Notes: generated by a model from the letters alone, not told the origin. DNA of 64,000 nucleotides from Candidatus Saccharimonadales bacterium (GCA_025451045.1 JANWLD010000001.1:273965-337964); one strand, 5' to 3'. Positions 49,774-60,910 are shown, counted from the first letter of the stretch. Numbers and translations are program-made.

Positions 49774-51545
49774 GTTTCCAAAAACCCACCACTTTGATGC
49801 TTCCAAAGTTCCGCGTAAACGCCTTTTTTGGCTAATAACTCTTTGTGGTTGCCTTCTTCGACGATTTTACCTTCTTCTAGCACGATTATCCGGTCCATTC
49901 GCTGGATGGTGCTCAACCGATGGGCGATAACTATAGTCGTCTTGTCTTTCATCAGTTTCCAGAGCGCATCCTGAATCAACTTTTCCGATTCACTGTCTAG
50001 GGCACTGGTCGCTTCATCGAGTAACAGAATTGGTGCGTTCTTAAGCATGGCTCGCGCGATTGCTATCCGCTGTTTCTGACCGCCTGATAGTTTGGTGCCA
50101 CGTTCACCGACCAAGGTTTCATAGCCTTTCGGCAACTTATTAATAAACTCCGAAGCGTTTGACAGTTCTGCCGCTTTTATAACTTCTTCATCGGTAGCAT
50201 CAAGCTTGCCGTAACGGATGTTATCGGCCAGACCACGATGGAACAATAAAGGCTCCTGGGGTACGTAAGCTATATTTTTACGCAGATTTTCCTGAGTCGT
50301 CTTTGCTATATCCTGCCCATCAATTAAGATTTTTCCATTATCTAAATCATACAAGCGAAGCAACAAACAACTAATCGTAGTTTTACCACCGCCGGAATGC
50401 CCGACCAGGCCGATTTTTTGACCGCCGGCTATCTTAAAACTAAGATTATTGAACAGTTCATTTTGTCTCTGATTTTCATGGGTAAAAGATATGTCGCTAA
50501 ATTCTATTGAGCCTTTATTAACATGCAACATTGTTGGATTCTTGACATTTTTTATTTCAGGTTCGTCTTGCAGGATTATAGTCATATCATGGGCATCGCC
50601 AAAACCGCGAGTTAAAGTGCGCATTGTTTCTTGCATTTCCCAAAGTCTGCGTAGCAGGCCTGATGTATAAGTTACGATTAAAAGCATGGTACCAAGTTCG
50701 GCGTCGTATACCACCACAGTTATAATAGCGAACAGGATTGCCATAAAATACAGCGTTCCGCTAAACAGATTTGAAACCATCTCATTGGTAGTAATAATGT
50801 TTCTAAGTCCGAGGCTTTTGTTTAAAACGTCATGAGTCTTTTTTTCAAATAATCTATCTTCGAGTTTTTCATTGGCAAAAGGCTTGATGGTCTGCACGTT
50901 GGTTATGGCGTCGGCCAATTGGGCTGTCTGGGTTGATTCGGTTGACGCGTGGCGTACATTATAAGGCTGGGCAATCCGGGCTCGCCAGAAGAGCACCACG
51001 ATATAAATAGAACTGATTATTACAAAAACCAGCACAAATTGCGGTGCTCTGGGTAGCAGAATCACGATAGTTGCGATATAAGCGGTAATTATAGTAACGA
51101 TACTGAACAAAGTTTCATCTAGGATTCTCTCAAAAGCACTTACGAATTTATTAGTTTGGCTAACTAGTGAGCCGCCGAAATTATTAGTATGAAAACTATG
51201 GGTCTGGTGGGTCAAAAAATTAAAACAGCGCTGGCTTAGTTCCTTCATTATCTTGGCTTCCATCGTCCAAAATATAAAAATGCCGCTTCGCCAAAGAATT
51301 AATTCCGACACGAGCAGCCCCGCTAATATTGCCAAAAGCATACCGAAATCATCAATTACCGACAAAGTACTAATATCATTCTGAGAAAGTTTATCCAAGG
51401 CAAGCGCGGCTATAAGCGGTTGTAAAAATTGTCCGACAACCACGCCGCCCATTACCAAAAATACGGCAATAAACCATGTAACCTTTCGTCTGCGAAGGTG
51501 CTGCCAATATAAAGCTATAGTTTGTTTGGTTATACTATTATCCAC
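49770..51545 (-). CDS. ABC transporter, fused permease/ATP-binding exporter (MsbA-like)
   Basis: The N-terminal 6-TM domain is followed by the NBD motifs GHSGGGKTT, LSGGQKQRIAIAR and LLLDEATSALD. Confidence 0.88.
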   Translation of the reverse strand: MDNSITKQTIALYWQHLRRRKVTWFIAVFLVMGGVVVGQFLQPLIAALALDKLSQNDISTLSVIDDFGMLLAILAGLLVSELILWRSGIFIFWTMEAKIMKELSQRCFNFLTHQTHSFHTNNFGGSLVSQTNKFVSAFERILDETLFSIVTIITAYIATIVILLPRAPQFVLVFVIISSIYIVVLFWRARIAQPYNVRHASTESTQTAQLADAITNVQTIKPFANEKLEDRLFEKKTHDVLNKSLGLRNIITTNEMVSNLFSGTLYFMAILFAIITVVVYDAELGTMLLIVTYTSGLLRRLWEMQETMRTLTRGFGDAHDMTIILQDEPEIKNVKNPTMLHVNKGSIEFSDISFTHENQRQNELFNNLSFKIAGGQKIGLVGHSGGGKTTISCLLLRLYDLDNGKILIDGQDIAKTTQENLRKNIAYVPQEPLLFHRGLADNIRYGKLDATDEEVIKAAELSNASEFINKLPKGYETLVGERGTKLSGGQKQRIAIARAMLKNAPILLLDEATSALDSESEKLIQDALWKLMKDKTTIVIAHRLSTIQRMDRIIVLEEGKIVEEGNHKELLAKKGVYAELWKHQSGGFLET

Positions 51546-51764
51546 TGACTCCTCCTAAAAGCCGTATGTGCTTTGATTATAGATTAATATTTTGTTTTCT
51601 AAAGAGAGGCGGAAAAGACCGCTTCATTTAAAAACGTATTTCGTGGCAATTTATTCCACATAGTTGATATCCGGCCCTTTCCTTTAATTTATTAGATTGG
51701 TATACATTATACCACTTATGTCAAATAATACGAAAAATAACAGGGGTGTGCTAAAATAAAATCA

Positions 51765-52646
51765 ATGAACAAGGTGATTTTGTTTTATAAATTCGTGCCG
51801 CTTGCCGACCCGAAAATAACTATGCTCTGGCAGAAAGAACTCTGCGACAAACTAGGGCTGAAAGGCCGGATTATAGTCAGTCCGCACGGTATCAATGCTA
51901 CCCTTGGCGGCGATATTGAAAACTTGCGCAAGTACAAGCGTGCCATGAATACTTCCGGAACTTTCCGCGGCATCATGTACAAGTGGAGCGACGGAAATGG
52001 ACGGGAATTTCCAAGGCTTAGCGTAAAAGTCCGGGATGAACTGGTTAGTTTCAAAAAACCAGATGAGGTTAAAGTTAACAAACAAGGCGTAGTCGGCGGC
52101 GGCAAACACCTGAAACCGCAGTCTTTACATAAGTTGGTAAAAGAGCGGAATGACGTTGTTTTCTTTGACGGACGAAATAACTATGAAGCAAAAGTCGGCC
52201 GGTTTAAAAATGCAGTTATCCCCGATACTAATACTACGCGTGATTTTGTAAGCGAAATCGAATCCGGAAAATATGATGGAATAAAAGACAAACCGGTAGT
52301 GACATATTGTACCGGCGGAATCCGCTGTGAAGTTCTTTCCGTGCTGATGAAAAACCGCGGTTTTAAAGAAGTTTATCAATTGGACGGCGGTATCGTGAAA
52401 TACGGTGAAAAATACGGAGATGACGGTCTTTGGGAAGGCAATCTATATATTTTTGACGACCGTATGACCCATAAGTTTTCCGACAAAGCCAAAGATATCG
52501 GCGGATGTGTACATTGCGGCGGAAAAACCAGCAATTTTGAAAACTGCGCGGATATATCCTGTAATCGCTTGGTTTTAATATGCGAGAACTGTAAACACAA
52601 GCAAAAAATCCTCTGCGAAAACCATTCGTTGGCAGAAGTAAAATGA
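51765..52646 (+). CDS. trhO: rhodanese-domain tRNA uridine(34) hydroxylase TrhO (UPF0176/YceA family)
   Basis: The N-terminus reads ILFYKFVPLADP, which is YceA-like. The rhodanese Cys loop reads YCTGGIRCE, and there is a C-terminal Cys cluster. Confidence 0.75.
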   Translation: MNKVILFYKFVPLADPKITMLWQKELCDKLGLKGRIIVSPHGINATLGGDIENLRKYKRAMNTSGTFRGIMYKWSDGNGREFPRLSVKVRDELVSFKKPDEVKVNKQGVVGGGKHLKPQSLHKLVKERNDVVFFDGRNNYEAKVGRFKNAVIPDTNTTRDFVSEIESGKYDGIKDKPVVTYCTGGIRCEVLSVLMKNRGFKEVYQLDGGIVKYGEKYGDDGLWEGNLYIFDDRMTHKFSDKAKDIGGCVHCGGKTSNFENCADISCNRLVLICENCKHKQKILCENHSLAEVK

Positions 52647-54061
52647 ACTTGGAAGAAAAGTTGAAGGAGCTGCCGAAGACTCCCGGTGTGTATTTCCATA
52701 AGGATAAGTCTGGTGAGATTATCTATGTCGGCAAGGCGGCGAATCTGCGCAACCGGGTTCGGCAATACTTTCAAAAAAGCCGGGCCTTTGACCCGAAAAC
52801 AGACGCGTTGGTAGCCGAAATAACGGATTTAGATTGGCTGGAGCTTGAGACTGAGATGGACGCCTTGTTTGTCGAAGCGGAGATGATCCGCCGCTACATG
52901 CCAAAATACAATATCCTTCTACGCGATGATAAAAGCTTTGTTTATGTTCGAATAGACTTTAATTCCGACTATCCGTCAATCAGTTTTACCCGCCGGCCGC
53001 TGGATGACGGAGCGAAATACTACGGCCCATTCCTGAGCAAATTTACTATTAACCGAGCGCTAAAATACCTGCGCAAAGTGTTTCCTTATTCTACTCACAG
53101 TCCGACGAACATGCCAAAACGTGCTTGCCTGCAGGCCCAAATCGGGCTATGCCCGGGGTTGGAAGCGGACATGACCAGCTTGTCTGATTATAAGAAAAAT
53201 CTGTCAATGCTTATCCAGTACATGACCGGCAAGCGTAAGAAACTAATCGTTGAAATAGAAAAAGGCATGAAGGCGGCGGCAAAAAACAAAGATTTTGAGC
53301 TGGCAGCAAGTCTTCGCAACAAATTATTTGCGCTCAAAAGGCTGGATAACCAAATAATCTTTGGCGACCGTGAAAACATGGATATAAGCAAAGACCGCGG
53401 CCTAGTCGAATTGGCCAGCATGTTGGACATAGAGATTCCACGGCGTATTGAGGGTTTTGATATAAGCCATCAACAGGGCACCGATACCGTTGCCAGCATG
53501 GTAGTTTTCATTGCCGGTGTGCCGGACAAAAACGAATACCGCAAATTCAAGTCGCGAATACCCGGCAATGACGACTTTGCTCATATGAAAGAAGTTATAA
53601 CCCGGCGGTTTTCCGAAACTAACATCAAAAAATGGGGCAAGCCGGATTTGATATTGATAGACGGGGGCAAAGGCCAAGTTGGCTCGGCTTTAGAAACACT
53701 TAACGCGTTAAGTATTAAGATTCCGTTAATTGGCCTAGCAAAAAGGTACGAGGAAATAATCATGCCTCAAGGCGATAAATTTGAAATTATAATCTTGAAA
53801 CCTTCCAGCGATGCGTTAAAACTGCTACAACGCATCCGCGATGAAAGCCACCGCTTTGCCATAAGTTATCACAGCACATTGAAACGCTCTCGCCAAACAG
53901 TTTCGATATTGGACTCTATTCCTGGTATCGGAAACGTCTATAAAAAGAGGCTTATCAAAAACTTTGGCAGTGCAAATGGGGTCAAAGGCGCCAGTTTTGA
54001 TGAACTTAAGGAAACTGTGGGTGAAAAACGCGCGCGGTTAATAAGGGAGTATGTGCGATGA
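52643..54061 (+). CDS. uvrC: excinuclease ABC subunit C (short form)
   Basis: GIY-YIG reads GVYFHKD...IYVGKAANLRNRV. The UVR domain reads ELAASLRNKLFALKRL. The endonuclease core is present, along with the C-terminal HhH IPGIGNVYKKRL. Confidence 0.85.
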   Translation: MNLEEKLKELPKTPGVYFHKDKSGEIIYVGKAANLRNRVRQYFQKSRAFDPKTDALVAEITDLDWLELETEMDALFVEAEMIRRYMPKYNILLRDDKSFVYVRIDFNSDYPSISFTRRPLDDGAKYYGPFLSKFTINRALKYLRKVFPYSTHSPTNMPKRACLQAQIGLCPGLEADMTSLSDYKKNLSMLIQYMTGKRKKLIVEIEKGMKAAAKNKDFELAASLRNKLFALKRLDNQIIFGDRENMDISKDRGLVELASMLDIEIPRRIEGFDISHQQGTDTVASMVVFIAGVPDKNEYRKFKSRIPGNDDFAHMKEVITRRFSETNIKKWGKPDLILIDGGKGQVGSALETLNALSIKIPLIGLAKRYEEIIMPQGDKFEIIILKPSSDALKLLQRIRDESHRFAISYHSTLKRSRQTVSILDSIPGIGNVYKKRLIKNFGSANGVKGASFDELKETVGEKRARLIREYVR

Positions 54062-54759
54062 AGATAGCAATAGGGATAATTTTATTAGTCATTCTTGTTT
54101 TGGTATTGCGTGTCGGCGAACTATACACCCAGCTGGCTCGCTACCAAAGGTACTGGGACAGGGTAAACCAAAAGCCGGTTGGCAAAGATGACTTGGTATA
54201 CGTAGCGTTCGGTGATTCGGCGGCGCAAGGAATCGGCGCTTCGAAACCGGATAAGGGTTATGTTGGCCTGATAGCCAAACAGCTGGCCGAAGACCAGCCG
54301 GTGCATGTCATAAATCTCAGTAGAAGCGGCGCTAAAATCAGCGAGGTAGTTGATGTCCAGCTACCAAAATATAGGGAGTTAAATATCAAAAACAAACAAA
54401 TCATAACCTTGGATGTCGGCGCCAATGACGTGGTGGCAGGCGAGTTGGAAAATTTTGAAAGCGACATGGACAGCCTGATGTCAAAATTGCCGAAACAGAC
54501 GATTATAGCTGACATACCGTCCTTCAAGGGCAGTCGTTATGCTCGGCTGGAAGACCGAATCATCGCGGCTAACGTCATAATGCATAGGCTTGCTAAAAAG
54601 CATGGCGTCGAACTAGCGGGCGTCTACGATAATGTTGCCGGTAGCCACAGCCCGAGGACTTTTAGCGCGGATTTTTTCCACCCTTCTGACTATGGTTATA
54701 AAATCAATTGGGCACCTGTCTTTTGGCAGAAGATAAAACAGGCTGACGGCTCATTGTGA
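54058..54759 (+). CDS. SGNH/GDSL-family hydrolase
   Basis: There is an N-terminal TM helix. The GDSL block reads VAFGDSAAQG and the DVGAND block is present. Confidence 0.7.
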   Translation: MKIAIGIILLVILVLVLRVGELYTQLARYQRYWDRVNQKPVGKDDLVYVAFGDSAAQGIGASKPDKGYVGLIAKQLAEDQPVHVINLSRSGAKISEVVDVQLPKYRELNIKNKQIITLDVGANDVVAGELENFESDMDSLMSKLPKQTIIADIPSFKGSRYARLEDRIIAANVIMHRLAKKHGVELAGVYDNVAGSHSPRTFSADFFHPSDYGYKINWAPVFWQKIKQADGSL

Positions 54760-54777
54760 TATTATGGTTTACTGATT

Positions 54778-56022
54778 ATGCAAAAGGGATTTAGTCCGCA
54801 GTTTTTTAAAAATAACCGGCGGAATCTGCAGAAAGTTTTCGGCGGTACGGCGTCGATTATCATAGCTTCGAACGGACTAATACAACGGACGAACGGCGAT
54901 GACACTTATGATTTTCATCAGGACGGCAATTTTCTGTATCTGACCGGGATTGATGAACCAAACATGGTTCTGGTAATTGATAAAGATAAAGATTACTTAA
55001 TAGGCCCTGAGCTTAACGAGCGGTGGAAAATATTTAACGGAGATGTTGATTTAGACAGCTTTAGCCGGGTTTCCGGCGTCGATGAAACCTTGCCGTCAGA
55101 AGCCGGCTGGCAAAAACTGTCCAAAAAACTTAAGAAATCCAGACATATTGCTACTTTGGTTCCTCCAAAAGCTTTTGACGAAAGGTATCTGGTTTACAGC
55201 AATCCGGCCAAAAGGCGGTTGGTCAATATGCTAAAAAGCCATAACAAGAACCTGCAGATGATTGATGTTTCCGGCCGGTTAGCGGAGCTGAGGACGGTGA
55301 AGCAACAGCCGGAAATCAATGCGATTCAGCGGGCCATAGACGAAACGGCCGATACTTACCGGCTTATCGGCAAAAAGCTTGGCAAATATAAGAACGAGCG
55401 GGAAATTTCAGCGGAGATTGACTATATCTTCACCAAAAAAGGTTTGAAACCATCTTTCAGGCAGATTGTAGCCGGCGGCGAAAACGCCGTGACGCTTCAT
55501 TATAATAAGAATAATTCGGATATTAACCTGTCGGAAACGCTTTTGATAGATATGGGCGTAAGATTGTCCGGGTATTGCTCCGATTTGACCAGGGTCGTTA
55601 GTCTATCTCCTACGAAGCGCCAGCTTGATGTGTACAAAGCCGTTTTACAAGTCCAACAATTTGCCCTAAAGATGCTTCGCCCCGGTGTTCAACTGGCCAG
55701 CTATGAAGCCGCGATAGAACATTACATGGGTGAAAAACTGAGGGAGCTGGGTCTTATCAAGACCATAGATAACAAATCGGTCCGGAAATATTATCCGCAC
55801 AACACCTCGCATTTTCTAGGCATCGACGTGCATGACGAAGGTGACTTTACCAAAACCCTACCAGCAGGCGCGGTGCTGACGGTCGAACCGGGAATTTACA
55901 TACCCGAGGAAAATATCGGTATTCGTATAGAAGACGACGTGCTTTTAACCGAAGATGGCAACCGGGTATTATCCGCTCGCTTGTCGCGCGAACTTACCTC
56001 GCTTACAATACTAGCTAAGTAA
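54778..56022 (+). CDS. Xaa-Pro aminopeptidase (M24 family)
   Basis: The pita-bread fold motifs DMGVRLSGYCSD, HNTSHFLGIDVHD, and EPGIY...IRIEDDV are present. Confidence 0.8.
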   Translation: MQKGFSPQFFKNNRRNLQKVFGGTASIIIASNGLIQRTNGDDTYDFHQDGNFLYLTGIDEPNMVLVIDKDKDYLIGPELNERWKIFNGDVDLDSFSRVSGVDETLPSEAGWQKLSKKLKKSRHIATLVPPKAFDERYLVYSNPAKRRLVNMLKSHNKNLQMIDVSGRLAELRTVKQQPEINAIQRAIDETADTYRLIGKKLGKYKNEREISAEIDYIFTKKGLKPSFRQIVAGGENAVTLHYNKNNSDINLSETLLIDMGVRLSGYCSDLTRVVSLSPTKRQLDVYKAVLQVQQFALKMLRPGVQLASYEAAIEHYMGEKLRELGLIKTIDNKSVRKYYPHNTSHFLGIDVHDEGDFTKTLPAGAVLTVEPGIYIPEENIGIRIEDDVLLTEDGNRVLSARLSRELTSLTILAK

Positions 56023-56052
56023 ATGTTAATACAAAACCAAGGAACATAGCGG

Positions 56053-56421
56053 TTGAGCAAAAGATATAACTCCGTTTTCGGCAGATTCGTCTTTCGCTGG
56101 CTGGTGTCATCACTCGGGCTTTGGGTTGCGGCTGGCCTGCTTGGCGACAGTATCGATTACCAGAGCAGATTAGGGGTAATACTTATCGGCGGGCTGGTAC
56201 TAACACTCATAAATACCTTGGTAAAACCTATTGTAGTCCTGATTTCGTTACCGGCGCTTTTAATAACTTTGGGTCTTTTCATGATAGTCATCAACGGCCT
56301 AATGGTAATGCTGGCCAGCAAACTTTACGGCGACCTGCACGTTACTAATTTCGGCGCGGCTATGCTTGCGGGTATGGTGATTGGCTTGGTAAACTATTTG
56401 GTAGTGACTATAGTCGAGTAA
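56053..56421 (+). CDS. DUF360 / phage-holin-4-like membrane protein
   Basis: It has 3-4 TM helices with the pattern PIVVLISLPALLITLGLFMIVINGLM. Confidence 0.55.
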   Translation: MSKRYNSVFGRFVFRWLVSSLGLWVAAGLLGDSIDYQSRLGVILIGGLVLTLINTLVKPIVVLISLPALLITLGLFMIVINGLMVMLASKLYGDLHVTNFGAAMLAGMVIGLVNYLVVTIVE

Positions 56422-56435
56422 GGATTAATATCAAT

Positions 56436-56648
56436 ATGAATATATTCGGATACATAACAATTGTTTCAATGATAATACTGACGGTACTGATATTGCTCCA
56501 GACGCGAGGCGCCGGACTAGGCGCCGGACTAGGCGGCGGCGGGGAAGTCAACACGGTGCGCCGCGGCTCGGACCGGACGATACATTACGCGACTATAATT
56601 TTGGTCATCATATTCTCGTTTTCATTGATACTTGGCGTGCTTGTCTAA
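56436..56648 (+). CDS. secG: preprotein translocase subunit SecG
   Basis: There are two TM helices. The Gly-rich loop LLQTRGAGLGAGLGGGG is typical of SecG. Confidence 0.65.
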   Translation: MNIFGYITIVSMIILTVLILLQTRGAGLGAGLGGGGEVNTVRRGSDRTIHYATIILVIIFSFSLILGVLV

Positions 56649-56664
56649 TCCGGCCCAAATATAA

Positions 56665-58440
56665 ATGGCGAGAACAAAAAAGTTAATTAGCCTGCCAAAG
56701 CTGATAAAAAAACGACAAAAAGATATCGACGAGCTTAGCAACGCTACAGAAAACACGATTGAAAAGCATTTTTTCCGAAGGCTGGCTAACTTAACCAAGG
56801 TAAAAAGATTTGTTATCGGCTGGCTGGTACTGATGTTGCTTCTACTGTTGGTCGGCGTTCTGCAAATCGGCGTTCTGCGGCATAAATACCAGAAACTTTA
56901 TTTTGTGCCGGGCGGTACTTTTACCGAAGGTTTGGTTGGAAGTTATACCAACGCCAACCCGATATACGCTTCCGGCTCAGTGGATTCTTCAGTTTCCAGG
57001 CTTCTGTTCAGTGGGCTTTTAACTTATAATTCCGACCAAAAGCTGGTTCCGGCGCTTGCAGACAAGATAACCATTGATAAGACGGAGAAAATTTATACTG
57101 TTACGCTGAAACAAAACTTATTCTGGCAAGATGGCCAGCCGCTGACCGCCCAGGATGTTGTTTTTACTTTCAAAACTATCCAAAATCCCGATGCTAAATC
57201 ATTTCTGCTTTCCAGCTGGCAAGGAATAAAAATACAGGCCAAGGATGCTCATACGGTTGTCTTTACTCTGCCGGGTACGCTCAGTTCTTTTCCTGATTCA
57301 CTGACGACCGGTATCATTCCAAAGCATCTGCTCAAAAACGTGCCTGCGGAACAGTTGCGTTCAAACGACTTCAACACTATCAAACCGGTTGGCAGCGGGC
57401 CGTTCAGCTATGACACCGTTGAGGTCCAGACAGACAAGAACGGTGAAAAGCACGAACAAGTCGCCTTCTTGGCAAACGACAGTTATTATCGCGGAAAACC
57501 GGGTATAAAAAAATATGTCATTAATACCTTTAATGACCAAACGGAACTGTTAAAAGCCTATGATGATAAAAAAGTTAATGCGGTCTCAGGATTAGGGGAG
57601 ATTGACCAGAAGTACGCCAAAGACCAGCATAATAATATTTACTCAGTGCCGATTGCCGGCCAGACAATGGTTTTTTTCAAAAACTCTAAAAGCGTACTAG
57701 CCGACCCGAAGGTTCGCCGGGCGCTTGTCTTAGGGTCTAATCGACAGCATGTAGTTGAAGCTACCGGCCAGATATTAAAGCAAAGCAATGAGCCGCTGCT
57801 TAGTTCCCAGATAGGCTATGACAAAAGATACGTACAAAAAACTAGCGATATAAAAACTGCCAATAAACTGTTAGACAATGCTGGCTGGAAAAAGACTGTG
57901 GACGGTATACGCACCAAGAAAAAAGATCCTCTCACAATAAAATTCGTGACACTTTCAACAGATGAATATTCCCATGTGGCCCAGGAATTAAAAAAGCAAT
58001 GGGCTAGTATCGGCGTAAGGGTTGATGTTGCCCTGCTCAATGAAGAAGACCTTAAAAACGCCGTGTCAGCACGGGATTATGATGCTCTTTTGACTACGCT
58101 TTCAATCGGTGCCGATCCGGATGTGTTCGCCTTTTGGCACAGTTCTCAGGCCGATGTCCGCTCGAAATCCAGATTGAATTTTAGCGACTATAAATCACAT
58201 GCGGCCGATGCTTCATTAGAAGCGGGCCGATCACGTTCAAATCCGAAGATAAGGGCGATAAAATACCGGGATTTTATAAAGGCTTGGAACAAGGACAACC
58301 CGGCTCTGGCGCTATACCAGCCTAATTATACGCTCATCGTCCGTTCGCCTTTTTCCGGGTTTAATAGTAAGAGCTTGGTTAGTCCGGTCGAACGTTACAG
58401 CGACGTCGAGAAGTGGCTGATCCGGCAGCAGCGTGGATAA
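56665..58440 (+). CDS. ABC transporter substrate-binding protein, family 5 (oligopeptide/nickel type), membrane-anchored
   Basis: There is an N-terminal TM helix. The SBP_bac_5 pattern is seen in the length of 591 aa and motifs GTFTEGLVGS and WQDGQPLTAQDV. Confidence 0.8.
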   Translation: MARTKKLISLPKLIKKRQKDIDELSNATENTIEKHFFRRLANLTKVKRFVIGWLVLMLLLLLVGVLQIGVLRHKYQKLYFVPGGTFTEGLVGSYTNANPIYASGSVDSSVSRLLFSGLLTYNSDQKLVPALADKITIDKTEKIYTVTLKQNLFWQDGQPLTAQDVVFTFKTIQNPDAKSFLLSSWQGIKIQAKDAHTVVFTLPGTLSSFPDSLTTGIIPKHLLKNVPAEQLRSNDFNTIKPVGSGPFSYDTVEVQTDKNGEKHEQVAFLANDSYYRGKPGIKKYVINTFNDQTELLKAYDDKKVNAVSGLGEIDQKYAKDQHNNIYSVPIAGQTMVFFKNSKSVLADPKVRRALVLGSNRQHVVEATGQILKQSNEPLLSSQIGYDKRYVQKTSDIKTANKLLDNAGWKKTVDGIRTKKKDPLTIKFVTLSTDEYSHVAQELKKQWASIGVRVDVALLNEEDLKNAVSARDYDALLTTLSIGADPDVFAFWHSSQADVRSKSRLNFSDYKSHAADASLEAGRSRSNPKIRAIKYRDFIKAWNKDNPALALYQPNYTLIVRSPFSGFNSKSLVSPVERYSDVEKWLIRQQRG

Positions 58441-58517
58441 TACGCTTTAGCTTGGTGTGTTAATATAATTACTATTATTGTGTTAGGCTCAATGGGACAA
58501 AAACTACCGAAATAATA

Positions 58518-60155
58518 ATGAATAAAGTTGCTCATTATCTTCAGGAACATCTAAGCGGCGAAGTAGTTACTTCTGCTGAAGCGCTTGGTTATTTTTCGAC
58601 TGACGGCAGTATTTTTACGATTGCACCGTCTATTATCACTTATCCGCGGAACGAAAATGATGTGCGTAAGATTTCCCGCTTTATCTGGCAACTGGCGGAA
58701 AGAAACCGTTTCATCCCGCTTACGCCGAGAGGGTTAGGCTCAAACGTTACCGGCGCCGCGATAGGCGAAGGCATAATCTCGGTATTTCCGGCGCATATGA
58801 ACCGGATTTTGGAGCTTGATTCGCGTTCTGGCGATGTTAGCGTCGAACCGGGCGTTAACTTTGGTAAATTGCAGCAAACCCTTTATACCCACGGCCGGTT
58901 CCTGCCGCCTTATCCGGCTTCTCTTAACTATTCGACCATCGGCGGCGCGGTCGCCACGAATACTGGCGGAATAGAATCATTTAAGTACGGCAGTATCGGA
59001 AATTTCGTAAAGGGTCTAAGGGTAGTCCTATCCAATGGCGAAGTTATTGAAACCAAGCGCTTGTCCAAACGGGAAGCCAGCAAAAAGATGGGATTGTCTA
59101 CTTACGAGGGTGAAATTTATCGGGCAGTCGATACGCTTTTGGAAGAAAACAGCGAAACTATAGAAAAATTGAGATCCTTTTCAACCCGTACTTCAGCCGG
59201 CTACAATTTGGCAGATATTCGGCGGCCGGACAAGTCATTTGATTTGACCCCGTTGTTCATTGGTTCTCAGGGTACGCTCGGTACGATAACCCGTATATCG
59301 CTGGAGACAGAACCCTACACCCCGAACACCACAGTAATGATTGGTTATTCCAATGATTTTACTCAGGCGCACACGGCTATCGGCAAGTTGCGCGGACTGA
59401 AAATTCCGCCTAGCGCCATCGAACTTATCGACGCGAATTTGCTTGATTTTGTTGAAAAAACCAACCCAAACCAGCTTAAAGGCCTGTTGACTAAACCATT
59501 CCCAAAGATTGTCTTGCTCGTTGAATTTAATAATAATTCGGACAGAACCCGCAATAAAGCAGTCAAGAAAGCCAAGAAAGTTTTAGAAGAATCAGGCATA
59601 GATTTCAAAATTGAAACCGACGACACCTCAAAAAATGATACTTGGAAGCTTCGCGAACTGGCGTCAGCCGTGGTCGGCCATGTTGAAGGCGGCAAGCGGG
59701 CTTTGCCGATAATCGAAGACGGCATTGTCCCATTCGACCAGTTTCCAGTATTTCTAAAGGGCCTGTACGATATCTTCACCCGCAACAATTTATCTCCGGC
59801 CGTATGGGGACATGCCGGAGAAGCCAACCTACAGGCTTTTCCACAATTGGACTTGGCCCAACTTGGCGAAAGGCAAAAGTTATTTAGAATAATCGATGAA
59901 TATTACAACTTGGTGATAGCCTTGGGCGGCAGTACCAGCGCGCAGAACAACGACGGCCGCCTGCGCGCGCCGTATCTGGAAAAACTGTATGGAGAGGAAG
60001 TTTACAAACTCTTTGGGAAAGTAAAAGCGGTTTTCGACCCGTACAATGTCTTAAATCCTGGTGTTAAGCTGGGCGTTACGATGGAAGACATCAAGCCCTT
60101 GCTTAGAAATTCTTATACTTTGAATAATTTGCACGACCACCTGCCCAGGGCTTGA
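58518..60155 (+). CDS. FAD-linked oxidase (GlcD / D-lactate dehydrogenase family)
   Basis: The FAD-binding PCMH domain carries RGLGSNVTGAA and GGAVATNTGG. The C-terminal oxidase domain is present. Confidence 0.8.
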   Translation: MNKVAHYLQEHLSGEVVTSAEALGYFSTDGSIFTIAPSIITYPRNENDVRKISRFIWQLAERNRFIPLTPRGLGSNVTGAAIGEGIISVFPAHMNRILELDSRSGDVSVEPGVNFGKLQQTLYTHGRFLPPYPASLNYSTIGGAVATNTGGIESFKYGSIGNFVKGLRVVLSNGEVIETKRLSKREASKKMGLSTYEGEIYRAVDTLLEENSETIEKLRSFSTRTSAGYNLADIRRPDKSFDLTPLFIGSQGTLGTITRISLETEPYTPNTTVMIGYSNDFTQAHTAIGKLRGLKIPPSAIELIDANLLDFVEKTNPNQLKGLLTKPFPKIVLLVEFNNNSDRTRNKAVKKAKKVLEESGIDFKIETDDTSKNDTWKLRELASAVVGHVEGGKRALPIIEDGIVPFDQFPVFLKGLYDIFTRNNLSPAVWGHAGEANLQAFPQLDLAQLGERQKLFRIIDEYYNLVIALGGSTSAQNNDGRLRAPYLEKLYGEEVYKLFGKVKAVFDPYNVLNPGVKLGVTMEDIKPLLRNSYTLNNLHDHLPRA

Positions 60156-60157
60156 GC

Positions 60158-60862
60158 CTAGGTCGCTACAACTAATTCTCCGCCGTTTATTTCTTTTCTT
60201 CGAGGCTTGGCTCTAGCGGCTTTTTTTGCTTCTTTTTCCGCTTCAGTTAATCCTAATTCCTCTCTTGCTTTTCTTGAGGCTTTTCGCGCTCTTACCAATC
60301 TGCTCTTAACCGCAGTCACAGTAATACCATTCTCTTTGGCTATTTCTTCGTAAGATTTTTCTGGTACGTCCCAAGAGAGTGTTGTCCGGACTGTATCGGA
60401 AAGCGATTTAATAGTAAAGAGGTCTTCTTTTAGGAGCAGATACTCCAAGGGGTCTTCATTTTCCGGTAATCTTCCATTTTGCAAAACGGCTATCTCTTCG
60501 TCAAAAGACGCATTTCCCTTATATTTTTTCTCCCTCCTGAGTATATTGCGGGTTGCGTTATTGGTAATAGTAAAAAGCCATTTTCTTAATGAATCAGGGT
60601 ATAAGTCATCGAACCTGTCGATAGCTCCCCAGGCATTCATTAAACTTACTTGTACCACTTCCTCGGCTACCTCAGGCGAGAGGGTCTTTTTTAGAACGAA
60701 TCCATACAATAGGCCAGAATATTCTTCATAAATACCAGCGAAAGCGCTGTCTTTATCTGTCTCTGGAGCATTTGGGTCCTGCAGGGTTAATATGCGAGGG
60801 TCCGGAAATGGTTTTTCGCCGGTGTCATTTTCTGGCTTTGGCTCAAATTCGGGGCCTGTCAT
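60158..60862 (-). CDS. sigma-70 family (ECF-type) RNA polymerase sigma factor with N- and C-terminal extensions
   Basis: Region 2 reads EEVVQVSLMNAW..DRFD. The region 4 HTH reads SYEEIAKENGITVTAVKSRLVRARK. Confidence 0.75.
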   Translation of the reverse strand: MTGPEFEPKPENDTGEKPFPDPRILTLQDPNAPETDKDSAFAGIYEEYSGLLYGFVLKKTLSPEVAEEVVQVSLMNAWGAIDRFDDLYPDSLRKWLFTITNNATRNILRREKKYKGNASFDEEIAVLQNGRLPENEDPLEYLLLKEDLFTIKSLSDTVRTTLSWDVPEKSYEEIAKENGITVTAVKSRLVRARKASRKAREELGLTEAEKEAKKAARAKPRRKEINGGELVVAT

Positions 60863-60910
60863 GTTTGCTATTATACACTAAATTTATAAGTTATGCAAAA
60901 ACGTTACAAG